Positions 1 to 10,600 of a stretch of 64,000 nucleotides of DNA are shown here, piece after piece; within the stretch, counting starts at the first letter, position 1; every line of letters begins with the position of its first letter. The DNA lies in assembly GCA_951406725.2 (NCBI GenBank), contig OX597822.1, forward strand, positions 74,896,001-74,960,000, in the 5' to 3' direction. The stretch is from Octopus vulgaris (lineage: Eukaryota). A program made the translations under genes and the position numbers. A model generated the notes under the pieces. It saw only the letters and a list, made by a program, of their open reading frames with translations, was not told where the DNA came from and made no database searches.

Positions 1-639
1 GATGTCCGGTTGGATTGTTTCCATCCTTATGACTTAGTAGTTCACCAAAAGTATTTGATAGAAGTAAAAAAAATAAGTTCGGCTAAAACCCTTCAATGTG
101 GCCATAGCACGGCTGCAGTCCAACGACCAAACTAAGCGAAAGAGATGAAAAAAGGTGTATGGTGTGATAGGAAAGAAATTTGACTGTTATATCTATCAAG
201 TCAAGTGGGGGTATTTTAGGGAGAACAATGGTTTTATGTCCAGTGATAAGATGTTGAAGTATGAGGAAGATAATATCGGGTCATTTAGAATGAAATGTCC
301 GATTTTGACCTGAGAGTGATGATGTAACTCTTCAATGTTGTAAAACCGTTAAAACAAAGAATTGTCTGGATAAAGCATTGGAGTTAACGACTGTCAAACT
401 TAGTGCATAAGAAAATCGGACACTTCGTTCTAATGACCTGATATATGATGAACTCTCCATTGGTTTCTGCTATGGGCCTTCAGTTAATCAGTCGAGCTAC
501 CTTTTCATTAAATGGTTGTATAAGTGGCTGAATATTCCACAGGCACATGTGGTTCCTTAACCCATTAGCATTCAGATTTCTCTATTAAATGTAATGTTTA
601 TTATATTCACGTTGATGTGAATTAGTCACACATTTTTGT

Positions 640-1420
640 AACTCTTTTACTTGTTTCAGTCATTTGACTGTGGCCATGCTGGAGCACCGCCTTTAGTCGA
701 GCAAATCAATCTCAATTTATTCTTTACTAGCAGTATCGCCCGGCGTTGCTCGGGTTTGTAAGGGAAATAACTATAAAGCATTTTTAGATAGTTATAGCCA
801 AAATATAGCAAAAAAATGGGAAAAAAATAATGGTAAATTTTTTTTTTTGAGAGTTAAAAAGGTCGAGTTGCGTCCCCTAGACAGTCTGTGGTTTGTGTTT
901 CTCATTCTCGACCCCATGTCGAATTTATCGATTTTTTTCAGAACTGGGGTAACTTTTCAAAATTTTCGCTGCGTTAGTTTTGAATTATGACATTGGGCTA
1001 TGTGTGTGTCAAGTTTCATCAGAATTGGTTGAAAGCCGTGGTCAGGGTGAGGGTACAACCTAACAGACACACAGAAACACACACAGACAAACTGCCGTTT
1101 ATATATAGAGAGATAAACCTAGTACTTATTCTGTTGGTCTCTTTTGCCGAACTGCTAAGTTACGGGGACATAAAGACACCAGCATCGGTTATCAAGCGAT
1201 GTTGGGGGGACAAACACTGACACACAAACATATACATACATACACACACACACACACACACGATGGGCTTCTTTCAGTTTCCATCTACCAAATCCACTCA
1301 CAGGGCTTTGGTCGGCACGAGGCTATAGTAAAAGACACTTGCCCAATGTGCCATGTGGTGGAACTGAACCCAGAGCCATGTGGTTTGTGAGCAAGCTACT
1401 TACCACACTTTCACTCCTAT
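640..1420 (-). mobile_element. tRNA-derived SINE, family A, interrupted by a Helitron
   Basis: Reverse complement of the copy at 5543-5958. Confidence 0.8.
727..1113 (-). mobile_element. Non-autonomous Helitron
   Basis: Minus strand starts TCTCTCTATATATAAA and ends with hairpin CCCGAGCAACGCCGGG then CTAG; inserted between A and T with no TSD. Confidence 0.85.
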
Positions 1421-2756
1421 ACCTAATGATTGTTTGTTTTTAGAATGACGTAGGGTAAGTGTGAGAGGCCAAATCTGGTCAGTGTGAAGATAATACAGGT
1501 AGATTATTTTGGTCAGATATAGCTGGTTTAAATGCTAAGTGGTTAATATAATTCTCAAATCAAATCAGTGTGACACGGTGTGTGTGAAAGACAAGGCTGG
1601 ACCTGGTATAATTACTGGTACAGTTGATCTAATGGGCTACTATATAGGTTCTGTTGGCTCTGTTCCGCTCCCGAGAGCTTGGGTCGACTCAAAGTATATA
1701 TAGTAAAAGGATGCTTGTCTGAAGTGCCATGCAGTGGGATTGAACCTGGCACCTCGTGGTTGTGAAGCAAGCTTCTTAACTATTCAGTCCTACTTGCATC
1801 CATACAAATGCGGATATAATGAGGGTGTTTAAAATAAGGATGATGTCATGCAGCAAATACATTTTCTGGTACCAACCCACAGATGGAAAGAATGTGTGTG
1901 TGTGTGTGTGTGTTTACTCATGTTCTTTCTTTCTTTTACATGTACACATTACTGCCTACCAAACTACACCAAACACATACTGACAGCATAAATATATGCT
2001 CTCTCTCTCTCTCTCTCTCTAGCACACCCATTCATACATTTATAAACATGCACACAAACACACACGTAACCACCTACACACCAGAATACACTGTAGAATT
2101 GTTGTCCAAATTTCACCCCCTCCACCACTTCTCTTCCTTATCATGACTCTATTATCAACGATCTCCTCTTCCTCCTCCCCCTCTCTCTTCCTCTCACCTT
2201 CTCTGCCTCCTCATCTGCCTCATCCATCCAGCTATTCAAACAGCTAACAGCAGTTTGTTATTAAGAAGTTCATTTCACCAAAGAAGTTCTACTAAACCAA
2301 AAGCACAGATGGAATCCTTCTATTTAGATAGTGTCTATATTGGTCATAGAGTTCCAGAAATTCTTACACATATACATGTGTGTGTGTGTTTATGTGTGTG
2401 TGTGTATAGTGTTCTAATTGTACAAGAATATGTGTATATCTGTGTAATGTCTGTATGTAGGCTTGTTCTTATTGCTGGATATTTTAATTCTGGATATCTG
2501 CCTGATGAAGGCAGCAAGTGCCATTCACCTTGGCTAAAATTTTCCTCTGCTACTCTTCGGTTCTTGTGTCTGTTTATTCTCCTTAATGTTTATTCTAGAT
2601 TTTGGCTTTATGATAAACAAACACTTTGTCAAGATACAAATCGAAAAATTTTGTATGAAAGGGTTTGTTCAGATTATTCAGTTCCCATTTGGCTCATGCC
2701 AAATGCTGAATAAATTTATTTCTCTCTTCATTACGAACTGTTAAACTATCATCATT

Positions 2757-3395
2757 AAAGCACCGGTGCTAGTGTTACATAAAAAGCACTGGTGATGTAA
2801 AAAAAGCACTGGTGATGGTGCCATGTAAAAAGCACTGGTGATGGTGCCATGTAAAAAAACACTAGTGATGGTACCACATAAAAAGCACTGGTGATGGTGC
2901 CATGTAAAAAAAGCACTGGTGATGGTACCATGTAAAAAAGCACTGGTGATGGTGCCATGTAAAAAAACACTAGTGATGGTTCCACATAAAAAGCACTGGT
3001 GATGGTTCCACATAAAAAGCACTGGTGATGGTGCCATGTAAAAAAGCACTGGTGATGGTGCCATGTAAAAAAAGCACCGGTGATGGTTCCACATAAAGAG
3101 CACTGGTGATGGGGCCACGTAAAAAAGCATTGGTGATGGTACCACATTAAAAGCACTGGTGATGGTGCCACATAAAAAGCACTGGTGATGGTGCCATATA
3201 AAAAAGCACTGGCAATGGTGCCACATAAAAAGCACTGGTGATGGTGCCACATAAAAAGCATTGCTGCTGGAGCCACATAAAAAGCAATGGTTATGGTGCC
3301 ACATAAAAAGCATTGCTGCTGGAGCCACATAAAAAGCACTGGTGATGGTGCTGCATAAAAAGCACTGGTGATGGTTCCATGTAAAAAAGCACTCA
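2757..3395. repeat. Minisatellite, about 23 units of 27-30 bp (AAAAAGCACTGGTGATGGTGCCAC/TGT)
   Basis: Direct tandem array read from the sequence; no unique spacers. Confidence 0.95.
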
Positions 3396-3669
3396 TATGG
3401 ATACATGCATCCTTGGCAAAGGCAAAATTTGCACACATGCAACTATTTGTGCTTGCCTGCAGCAAAAACATTTAGAGCAAAAAATTAACCCTGACCTAGT
3501 TTCATTTCACTATACTCACCTCTTGTATTTACCTGGAAGTTGTGGTTTCCTCCATTCTTCTTCACCTCCTATGCATCATTGGAGGTTGTGGTTTCTTCCT
3601 CTCTTTCTCTTGTCAGTCTTGGAGGCCCTAGAAAAGTTTACGGTTGCTACTTTTCTTCCTTTGACTAGG

Positions 3670-3903
3670 TTGTCCAATATGTAGGTCTTCATGACTCCTG
3701 AAGGAAGAGCCCCTCCCTGGATTCCTTCTGCCACTGTCTATCTCTCGTCAGTCTTGGCCATGTAAGCTTCAGGCAGCAGGTGAGATCATCTCGCCAACTT
3801 GTCTTTGGTCACTTCTTGATCTTGTCCGTTGTCTTGGCATCCATTCTCTCACTTTGATTGTCCATATGTGTTCTTCAGTTGTGTGATGTGGCCAGCCCAT
3901 CTG
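3670..3903 (-). mobile_element. RTE-type LINE 3' fragment
   Basis: Minus strand encodes RWAGHI, typical of RTE ORF C-termini; cut by the mariner insertion. Confidence 0.55.
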
Positions 3904-4777
3904 CAGGCTGGGTGAAAAGTAAGCAGGCATTAAAAATCGCTAATAAAATCCATATTCCTTTTACAAATTTATTGAAACAAATGATACATGTTCTTTATTA
4001 CATGGGAAAATGAAAGTAAATCTTCATATTTCAACGTAAGCACCGGTGGGGTCAACAAGTTTCCTCAAACGGCCAGGGATGGAATGATTCTTCTGAAGGA
4101 CATCATCTGGAATATCATTGAGAACCTCCTGAATCTGTGTCTCCAAGTCCTCCTTTGTGCAAGGTTTTGTTGTGTACACCTCTTTTGGGTAACATCACAG
4201 GTAAAAATCACATGGAGTAAGATCTGAACGTTTTAGACTTCTGTGGTCACAGTCTTCAGGTTTTAATTCCTGCACATAATGGTGTTTCCATGGATGAAAA
4301 TTCAATACTTTATGCAACACCGCACATATTGTGTGTCTTGTTAGTCCACTTTCATGAGCTGCTTAATATGTTGATTTTTGCGGGCTGCAGTTAAATATTT
4401 CCTACACTGTTGCCATATTTTCCATCGATCAGGATGTGTTTGGACAGCCACTTCTTGCATCGTTCACTGAGCCTGTGGTCATCAGCTTTGCATGACCACA
4501 TTTTATTGTCTCCAGATGTTGTGTTGCATGCTTACCTTTCCATGCACACCACCATCTCTGAAATAAAACAATGGAATTCCACACTGCATAGTGTGCTGCT
4601 ATCTTAGTTCGCTCCTGAACAGTCAAGTGACCGGCCATCTGGAAAATAAGAAATAAAACAATAAGGAAATAAGAAATCCCCATTAGTGTTGTCTGCTTAA
4701 AAAATGTTTTCGTCAAGACTTTAGTGATACTAAAAATTCTATAATTTCTAGTGCCTGGTTACTTTCCACCCACCCTG
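3904..4777 (-). mobile_element. Decayed, internally deleted Tc1/mariner-superfamily transposon
   Basis: About 28-bp TIRs (CAGGCTGGGTGAAAAGTAAGCAGGCA and TGCCTGGTTACTTTCCACCCACCCTG-TA); ORF 4429-4716 gives an N-terminal HTH ending TTGSVND-ARSGCP-TS. Confidence 0.8.
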
Positions 4778-4969
4778 TATATTTGTTCTTTATGATGGTT
4801 CTTGTGATGTTGGCTCTCACATGCTGTGGAATCCAGGCATCGGTTTCTTTTACAACCTAGTCAACAACATTGACTAAGTTGTCAAAAAAAAAAAAAATTT
4901 AATATCGAACAACTTCTGAAATAATTCCGTTGTACATCAGACCCACCTTTACCATATGAATGCGATGTA

Positions 4970-5302
4970 ACACCTGTGGCACAATTATACCTGTTATTCC
5001 TATGTAACCTCATTCTGATCTGATTGGAAAACACCTGTGGAGCAGTTGTATCTGTTGTTGCTCTCTCGTTCCAGTCTGCTCTGGTGGAACACACCTGTGA
5101 TACCTAAGTTGTTGGTTGAATGACAAGGTGTGGTTGACAGAACCATTGGTTCAGACATACCCTGTCTTCTGCTTAACTGACTTCTACACTGTCCTGGAGA
5201 GATAATGTCATATTTCAGGTGTATTTTGCCCAATGTCCAGTCAGCTTTTGTATGATTAGAGATTCAGGTGTGGGCTCATCATTTGCTTGTTCATACAGGT
5301 GT
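4970..5302. promoter_or_regulatory. Homotypic cluster of six CAGGTGT (E-box / T-box core) sites
   Basis: ACACCTG at 4970, 5031, 5091; CAGGTGT at 5216, 5265, 5296. Confidence 0.45.
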
Positions 5303-5542
5303 ATTTGTTTGACACTTGGGAAAAATGAAAAAGTCTTTTATGTTTTGACCCTGTGCTCTTCAACAGAAAGGAATATGAGAAAATAAACAGAGAGAAAATA
5401 AAAGAAAACTTGTGGATTTACCAACCAAGCATATGTGTGTGTGTGTGTGCATACATGATGGACTTCTTTCAGTTTCCATCTACCAAATCCACTGACAAGT
5501 CTTTGGTCAGACTGAGGCTATAGTAGAAAATTCTTGCCCATG

Positions 5543-5958
5543 GGCGCAGGAGTGGCTGTGTGGTAAGTAGCTTGCTTACCAACCACATGGTTCCGGGTTC
5601 AGTCCCACTGCGTGGCATCTTGGGCAAGTGTCTTCTGCCATAGCCCCGGGCCGACCAATGCCTTGTAAGTGGATTTGGTAGATGGAAACTGAAAGAAGCC
5701 TGTCGTATATTTATATCTATATATATATATATATGTGTTGTGTGTATATGTTTGTGTGTCTCTGTTTGTCCCCCTAGCATTGCTTGACAACCGATGCTGG
5801 TGTGTTTACGTCCCCGTCACTTAGCGGTTCGGCAAAAGAGACCAATAGAATAAGTTCTGGGCTTACAAAGAATAAGTCCCGGGGTCGATTTGCTCGACTA
5901 AAGGCGGTGCTCCAGCATGGCCGCAGTCACATGACTGAAGCAAGTAAAGAGTAAGAGT
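5543..5958 (+). mobile_element. tRNA-derived SINE family A, full length with internal (TA)n/(TG)n; other copies near 13606, 16603, 27278, 28372, 37322, 49293, 53625
   Basis: A-box-like TGGCTGTGTGG, B-box-like GGTTCAGTCCC, CTTGGGCAAGT core; many similar copies. Confidence 0.85.
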
Positions 5959-6453
5959 AATGGTGCTATGCAAATGGTGGATGCAATGACATGCTGTTAC
6001 AGTGCATGATCCAATACTATTACTACTACCACCACCACCACCACTATTCCTCATTCCCCTCATCTATTACAATCAATTTACCATTCCACTACATTTTGCA
6101 GTTTCCCATCATCATCTTACCATCTCTCATTCACTTTACATCTTATCCCCTCATGTTGCCATTGTGTGTTTACTATTCCTCGTGTGCATCATGTTTTACT
6201 GTCTCATAGATCTGCTGGATATAGCAGTTGAAATCTTTAAATCACATGCTATTCTCATAGTAATAGCATGCCATTTAAGATACTGTTGTTCTTGATACAT
6301 GATGCCTGAGAGAAGAACAATATGGAATGTCTTTGAGCACCATGTTTAGCATTTCACATTACTTCCATGTTTCTAATTCTCACTTTTTCTTTCCCACAGA
6401 AAATTCCATACAAGTCCTTGATGAGAAATTGATATTCCAGTTGAGCCAAATTC

Positions 6454-6646
6454 ATGACGACCACCATGTCTCCAACGGTTACCAGAATCCTTCTGCTGCT
6501 CCTATTCACTGGCACTGTCTTATCAATTGACATTGATTGCAGTTCCATGGCACCAGTCTCCACATCAATTATTCCACAGTCAGAAGCATGTCCTTTTAAA
6601 ATTCATGTTTCGTCCAAATTCTACAAACCTAATGTTGCATTGACAG
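6454..6646 (+). CDS. Coding exon 1: signal peptide and Reeler start (MTTTMSPTVTRILLLLLFTGTVLS-IDIDCSSMAP...YKPNVALT)
   Basis: Hydrophobic signal peptide; donor G|GTAAAA. The acceptor ttcccacag at 6399 suggests an upstream non-coding exon. Confidence 0.85.
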
Positions 6647-7650
6647 GTAAAAACTCTTAATTTGTCTAAAGTTTTTTCTATATTTGTTGGGCATATTTAT
6701 TTTGCTATCTGTCTAGTTATTTGTCTGTGTATCTGGTCATCTCACGCTCTCTCTCTCTCTCTCTCTACCTGGTTATCTAACTGTCTATATAATCATCAGT
6801 CTGCCTAACCAGTTGTCTGACTGACTGCTAACTTAGTTGTCTGACTGACTGCCAACTTAGTTGTCTGACTGACTGTCAACTTAATTGTCTGATTGACTGT
6901 CAACGTAGTTGTCTGACTGATGAGAAAATGGACTTTGTTAGCCTAGTACTTATTCTATCGGCCTCTTTTACCAAACTGCTAAGTTATGATGTAAACACAC
7001 CATCATCAGTTGTTAAACGATGGTAGGGGACAAACATATACACACAAATACATATACATATATATATATGTATATATATATATACACACAGTTGTGGCCA
7101 AAATGTTCAGAATGGCATTGTTTTCGTTAGAAAAGTAGGTATAAGTTTTTATCAAAGTTGTTTTATATTCTATAATTTTCACAGACAATAAATACGATAT
7201 TAATAATTATTGTCTGAGATTTTGGTGTAATTTGGGAGGATATTGCAGTAAATTACTAAATCATCCATAACTTTTGTATTATCCTCTCAAATTACACCAA
7301 AATCTCAGACAATAACAATTAATATCGTATTGATTGTCTGTGAAAATTATAGAATATAAAACAACTTTGATAAAAACTTATACCTACTTTTCTGACGAAA
7401 ACAATGCCGTTCTGAACATTTTGGCAGCAACTGTACAAGATGGGCTTTCAGTTTCCATCTACCAAATCCACTGACAGGGCTTTGGTCGACCCAAGGCTAT
7501 TGTAGAAGACACTTGGCCAAGGTGCCTTGGAGTGGGATTGAACCCGGAACCATGTGGTTGGTGAGCAAGCTACTTACCACACCGCCAAAATGAACAGATA
7601 AGACAAACATTCAACAAAAATTACTACATTCATTTTTGGGCCAACCCATA

Positions 7651-7690
<40 letters not shown>

Positions 7691-10600
7691 CTGAAATAAA
7701 TGTTTAATCACTCAAACATGAATTTAGGACTGCTGTTTGATAAATTTATTAATCCTGCAAACTAGGTTGAGCATGCAGAATCGGTTTGCCTGACTGCACA
7801 AAGAAAGAAACAAACATAACAAGCTTCAAAATTGTCCTTCACTGTTGAGTAGTTAGCGATAAGTAGGGCACCCTGCTATAAAAATATATAAAAGTGAAAA
7901 GGAAAAATTATGTAATCTGTAAAAATGGGTAAAGACCCCTTTAGTCATGAATGACTGGGATTGCACTGAGAAAGTTCCCCTCTGGGGCACAAGTCCAAGC
8001 AAGGTTGTTTATGGAAGACCAGCAGTCACCCATGCACACTACTCTCCCTTCTCTTCATGCAGCTGATGTTATCATAGGGAAAGGCAAAAGCCAGTGCAGC
8101 TATGACACCAGTGACATTGCAACTCATTTCTATAGCTGAGTGAACTGGAGCAATGTGAAATAAATTGTCTTGCTCAAGAACACAATACACAGCCTGGTCT
8201 GAGAATCGAACTCACCACCTCATGATTGTGAGCCTGACGCTATAACCTCTGAGATAACATACAATGAAATGGCTCGTAAAGCATTTAACCCTTTTGATAC
8301 CTACCCGGCTGAAACCATCTCTGGCTCTGTAGTACAAATGTCTTGTTTTCATAAGTTTTGGATTAAAATCTTCCACCAAACCTTAGTCACAATTTATGTT
8401 CCTAACGTTAGCTTAATGATAACTAAGTTATTTTACTAAATTCTTTGTTATATTTAAAATTAATTGAAAGAAACACAGAGCATCTCAACAGAAATATGGT
8501 AACAAAAGGGTTAAAATATATAATAGAGAAACAATTCTGAACCCTTTTGATACAAACCTGGCTGAAACCACTTCTGGCTCTGTGGTACAAATGTTTTGTT
8601 TTCAAAAGTTCTGAATTAAAATCTTCCACCAAACCTTAGTCACAATTTATGTTCCTAACACTAGATGAATGATAACTAAGTTATTTTACTAAATTCTTTG
8701 TTATATTCAAAATTAATTGAAAGAAACACAGAAATCCGTCCAACCCATGCTAGCATGGAAAGTGGACGCTAAACGATGATGATGACAGAGCATTTCAACA
8801 GAAATACAGTAATGAAAGGCTTAATATAGTTGATAGTATATTCATTTCTACTCTAGGCACAAGGCCTGAAATTTTGGGGGAAGTGGCCAGTCGATTAGAT
8901 TGACCCCAGTATGCAACTGGTACTTAATTTATCAACCCCGAAAGGATGAAAGGCAAAGTTGACCTCAGCGGAATTTGAAATCAGAACGTAAAGACAGATG
9001 AAATACCGCTAAGCATTTCACCCAGTGTGCTAATGTTTCTGCCAGCTTGCGGCCTTATAGTTGATAGTATATTATGATTGCAAACTGAAATACAGTGTAT
9101 CTACCAGTAATTAATGTGTATGTACCAGCTGCCAGAAATGTGTTTAATATGTAAAACTGGTATCTCCAATGGTGTTACACTATTAAATTTTATTGTTATT
9201 TAAGCAATGTGTTTGTGGTTGGTTAATGGTTGGTTGTAGCACCGAAGGAGGAGCAAGAACTCCTGAAATGTTTATATATTACCCATTATCTATTTTTCTA
9301 TCTTCGATCGCATTGTTTACGTAAATGTATTCATATACAAAATGTAACTTTCAGCGTTGGCTCTAATTTCTGTAAAGAAATCTGTAGAGATAATTTTAAA
9401 AAGTGGTAAACTTATGTGTATATAAACATTGTATTTTCAGTAACTGTGTCATCTATAGATGGCAGTAAATTTCAAGACTTACAGATTGTAGCCAGGAAAC
9501 TTTCTGGTAATGATAACGGGCCCCAGGGCACATTCTTGGGTGCTGAACGAGAGGTTATGATCCAGAATTGTAAAGAAGTGTCAGGTGTAAGTATTCTCTT
9601 GATGTTTTCACTTTTTAAAATTGTTTTTCTTATTTGTGCTTTAAATAGATTGGACTCCTATGTGTTCACCTAACCTGAATTTGTTGCACGGTGATTGTAT
9701 GTGGCCTGAATGTGTTGTGTAGTGGCTTAGTGGTTAGGGTGCTTGGCTCAAGATCGTAAGGTTGTGAGTTTGATTCCTGGTGGTGCGTTGTGTCCTTGGG
9801 CAAGACACTTTACTTCACAATGCTCCAGTCCACTCAGCTGGCAAAAATGAGTTGTACCTGTATTTCTAGGGGCCAACCTTGTCACACTCTGTGTCCTGCA
9901 GAATATCTTTGAGAACTATGTTAAGTGCACATGTGTCTGTGGAGTGCTCAGCCACTTGCACGTTAACCTCACAAGCAGGCAGTTCTGTTGATTGCATCAA
10001 CTGGAACCCTCGTCATCATAACTGATGGAGTACCACAAGTGGCCACCATATGGTGTGAATATGTTGAGTGGTGTAATCTCATGCGATTCAGGTGTGTTTT
10101 GTATATTCACCATATGACCCAAAAATGTTGTGTGGGGTATAAACTGTGTGTCTTGAGTGTGTTGTGAAGTTTCTGTGTGCTTTGAGCATTTGAGTATATT
10201 GTGCTCACTCGTTGCCTGAGTATATTTAGTACTGTTCACTGTATCCCAGTCATAGAAACCATGGCAGGGTAGAGTGAGCTTAGTGCAGTCTTCAGCCTGG
10301 TCAGCTCCTGTCAAACTGTCCAACCCATGCCAGCATGGAGGGAGGATGTCAAATGATGATCTGTTCACTATGCACTATCTTTGAAGTTCATGTGTTCACT
10401 GTATGCCCTGGATGTGTTGTAGTGTTTACTGAGTGTCTTGAATATTTGAATGTATTGTGTTTACTGTATCCTGTGTGCATTGAATATTTGAATATATTGT
10501 GTTCACTGCATGCATTGTGTAGTGTTCACTATATGCCTTGAGTATATTGTGTTCACTATATGTGTTGTGTAGTATTCACGGTTTAAATATATTGTGTTCA

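Larger units (their letters stand above)
557..1546. mobile_element. piggyBac-like MITE hosting nested insertions
   Basis: Ends TTAA-CCCATTAGCATT and AATGCTAAGTGG-TTAA; related sequence near 20565-21335 and 32178-32410. Confidence 0.6.

Noticed and set aside
2140-2370. Possible promoter or non-coding first exon after a CT-rich tract
   Set aside because: No convincing donor site or core promoter motif; needs transcript data.
2497-2545. CTGATGAAGGC hammerhead-like start
   Set aside because: No matching GAAA core or closing stems visible.
2741-3471. 233/238-aa His/Cys-rich ORFs and a CRISPR-like look
   Set aside because: These are translations of a contiguous minisatellite. There are no unique spacers and no cas genes, and the context is eukaryotic.
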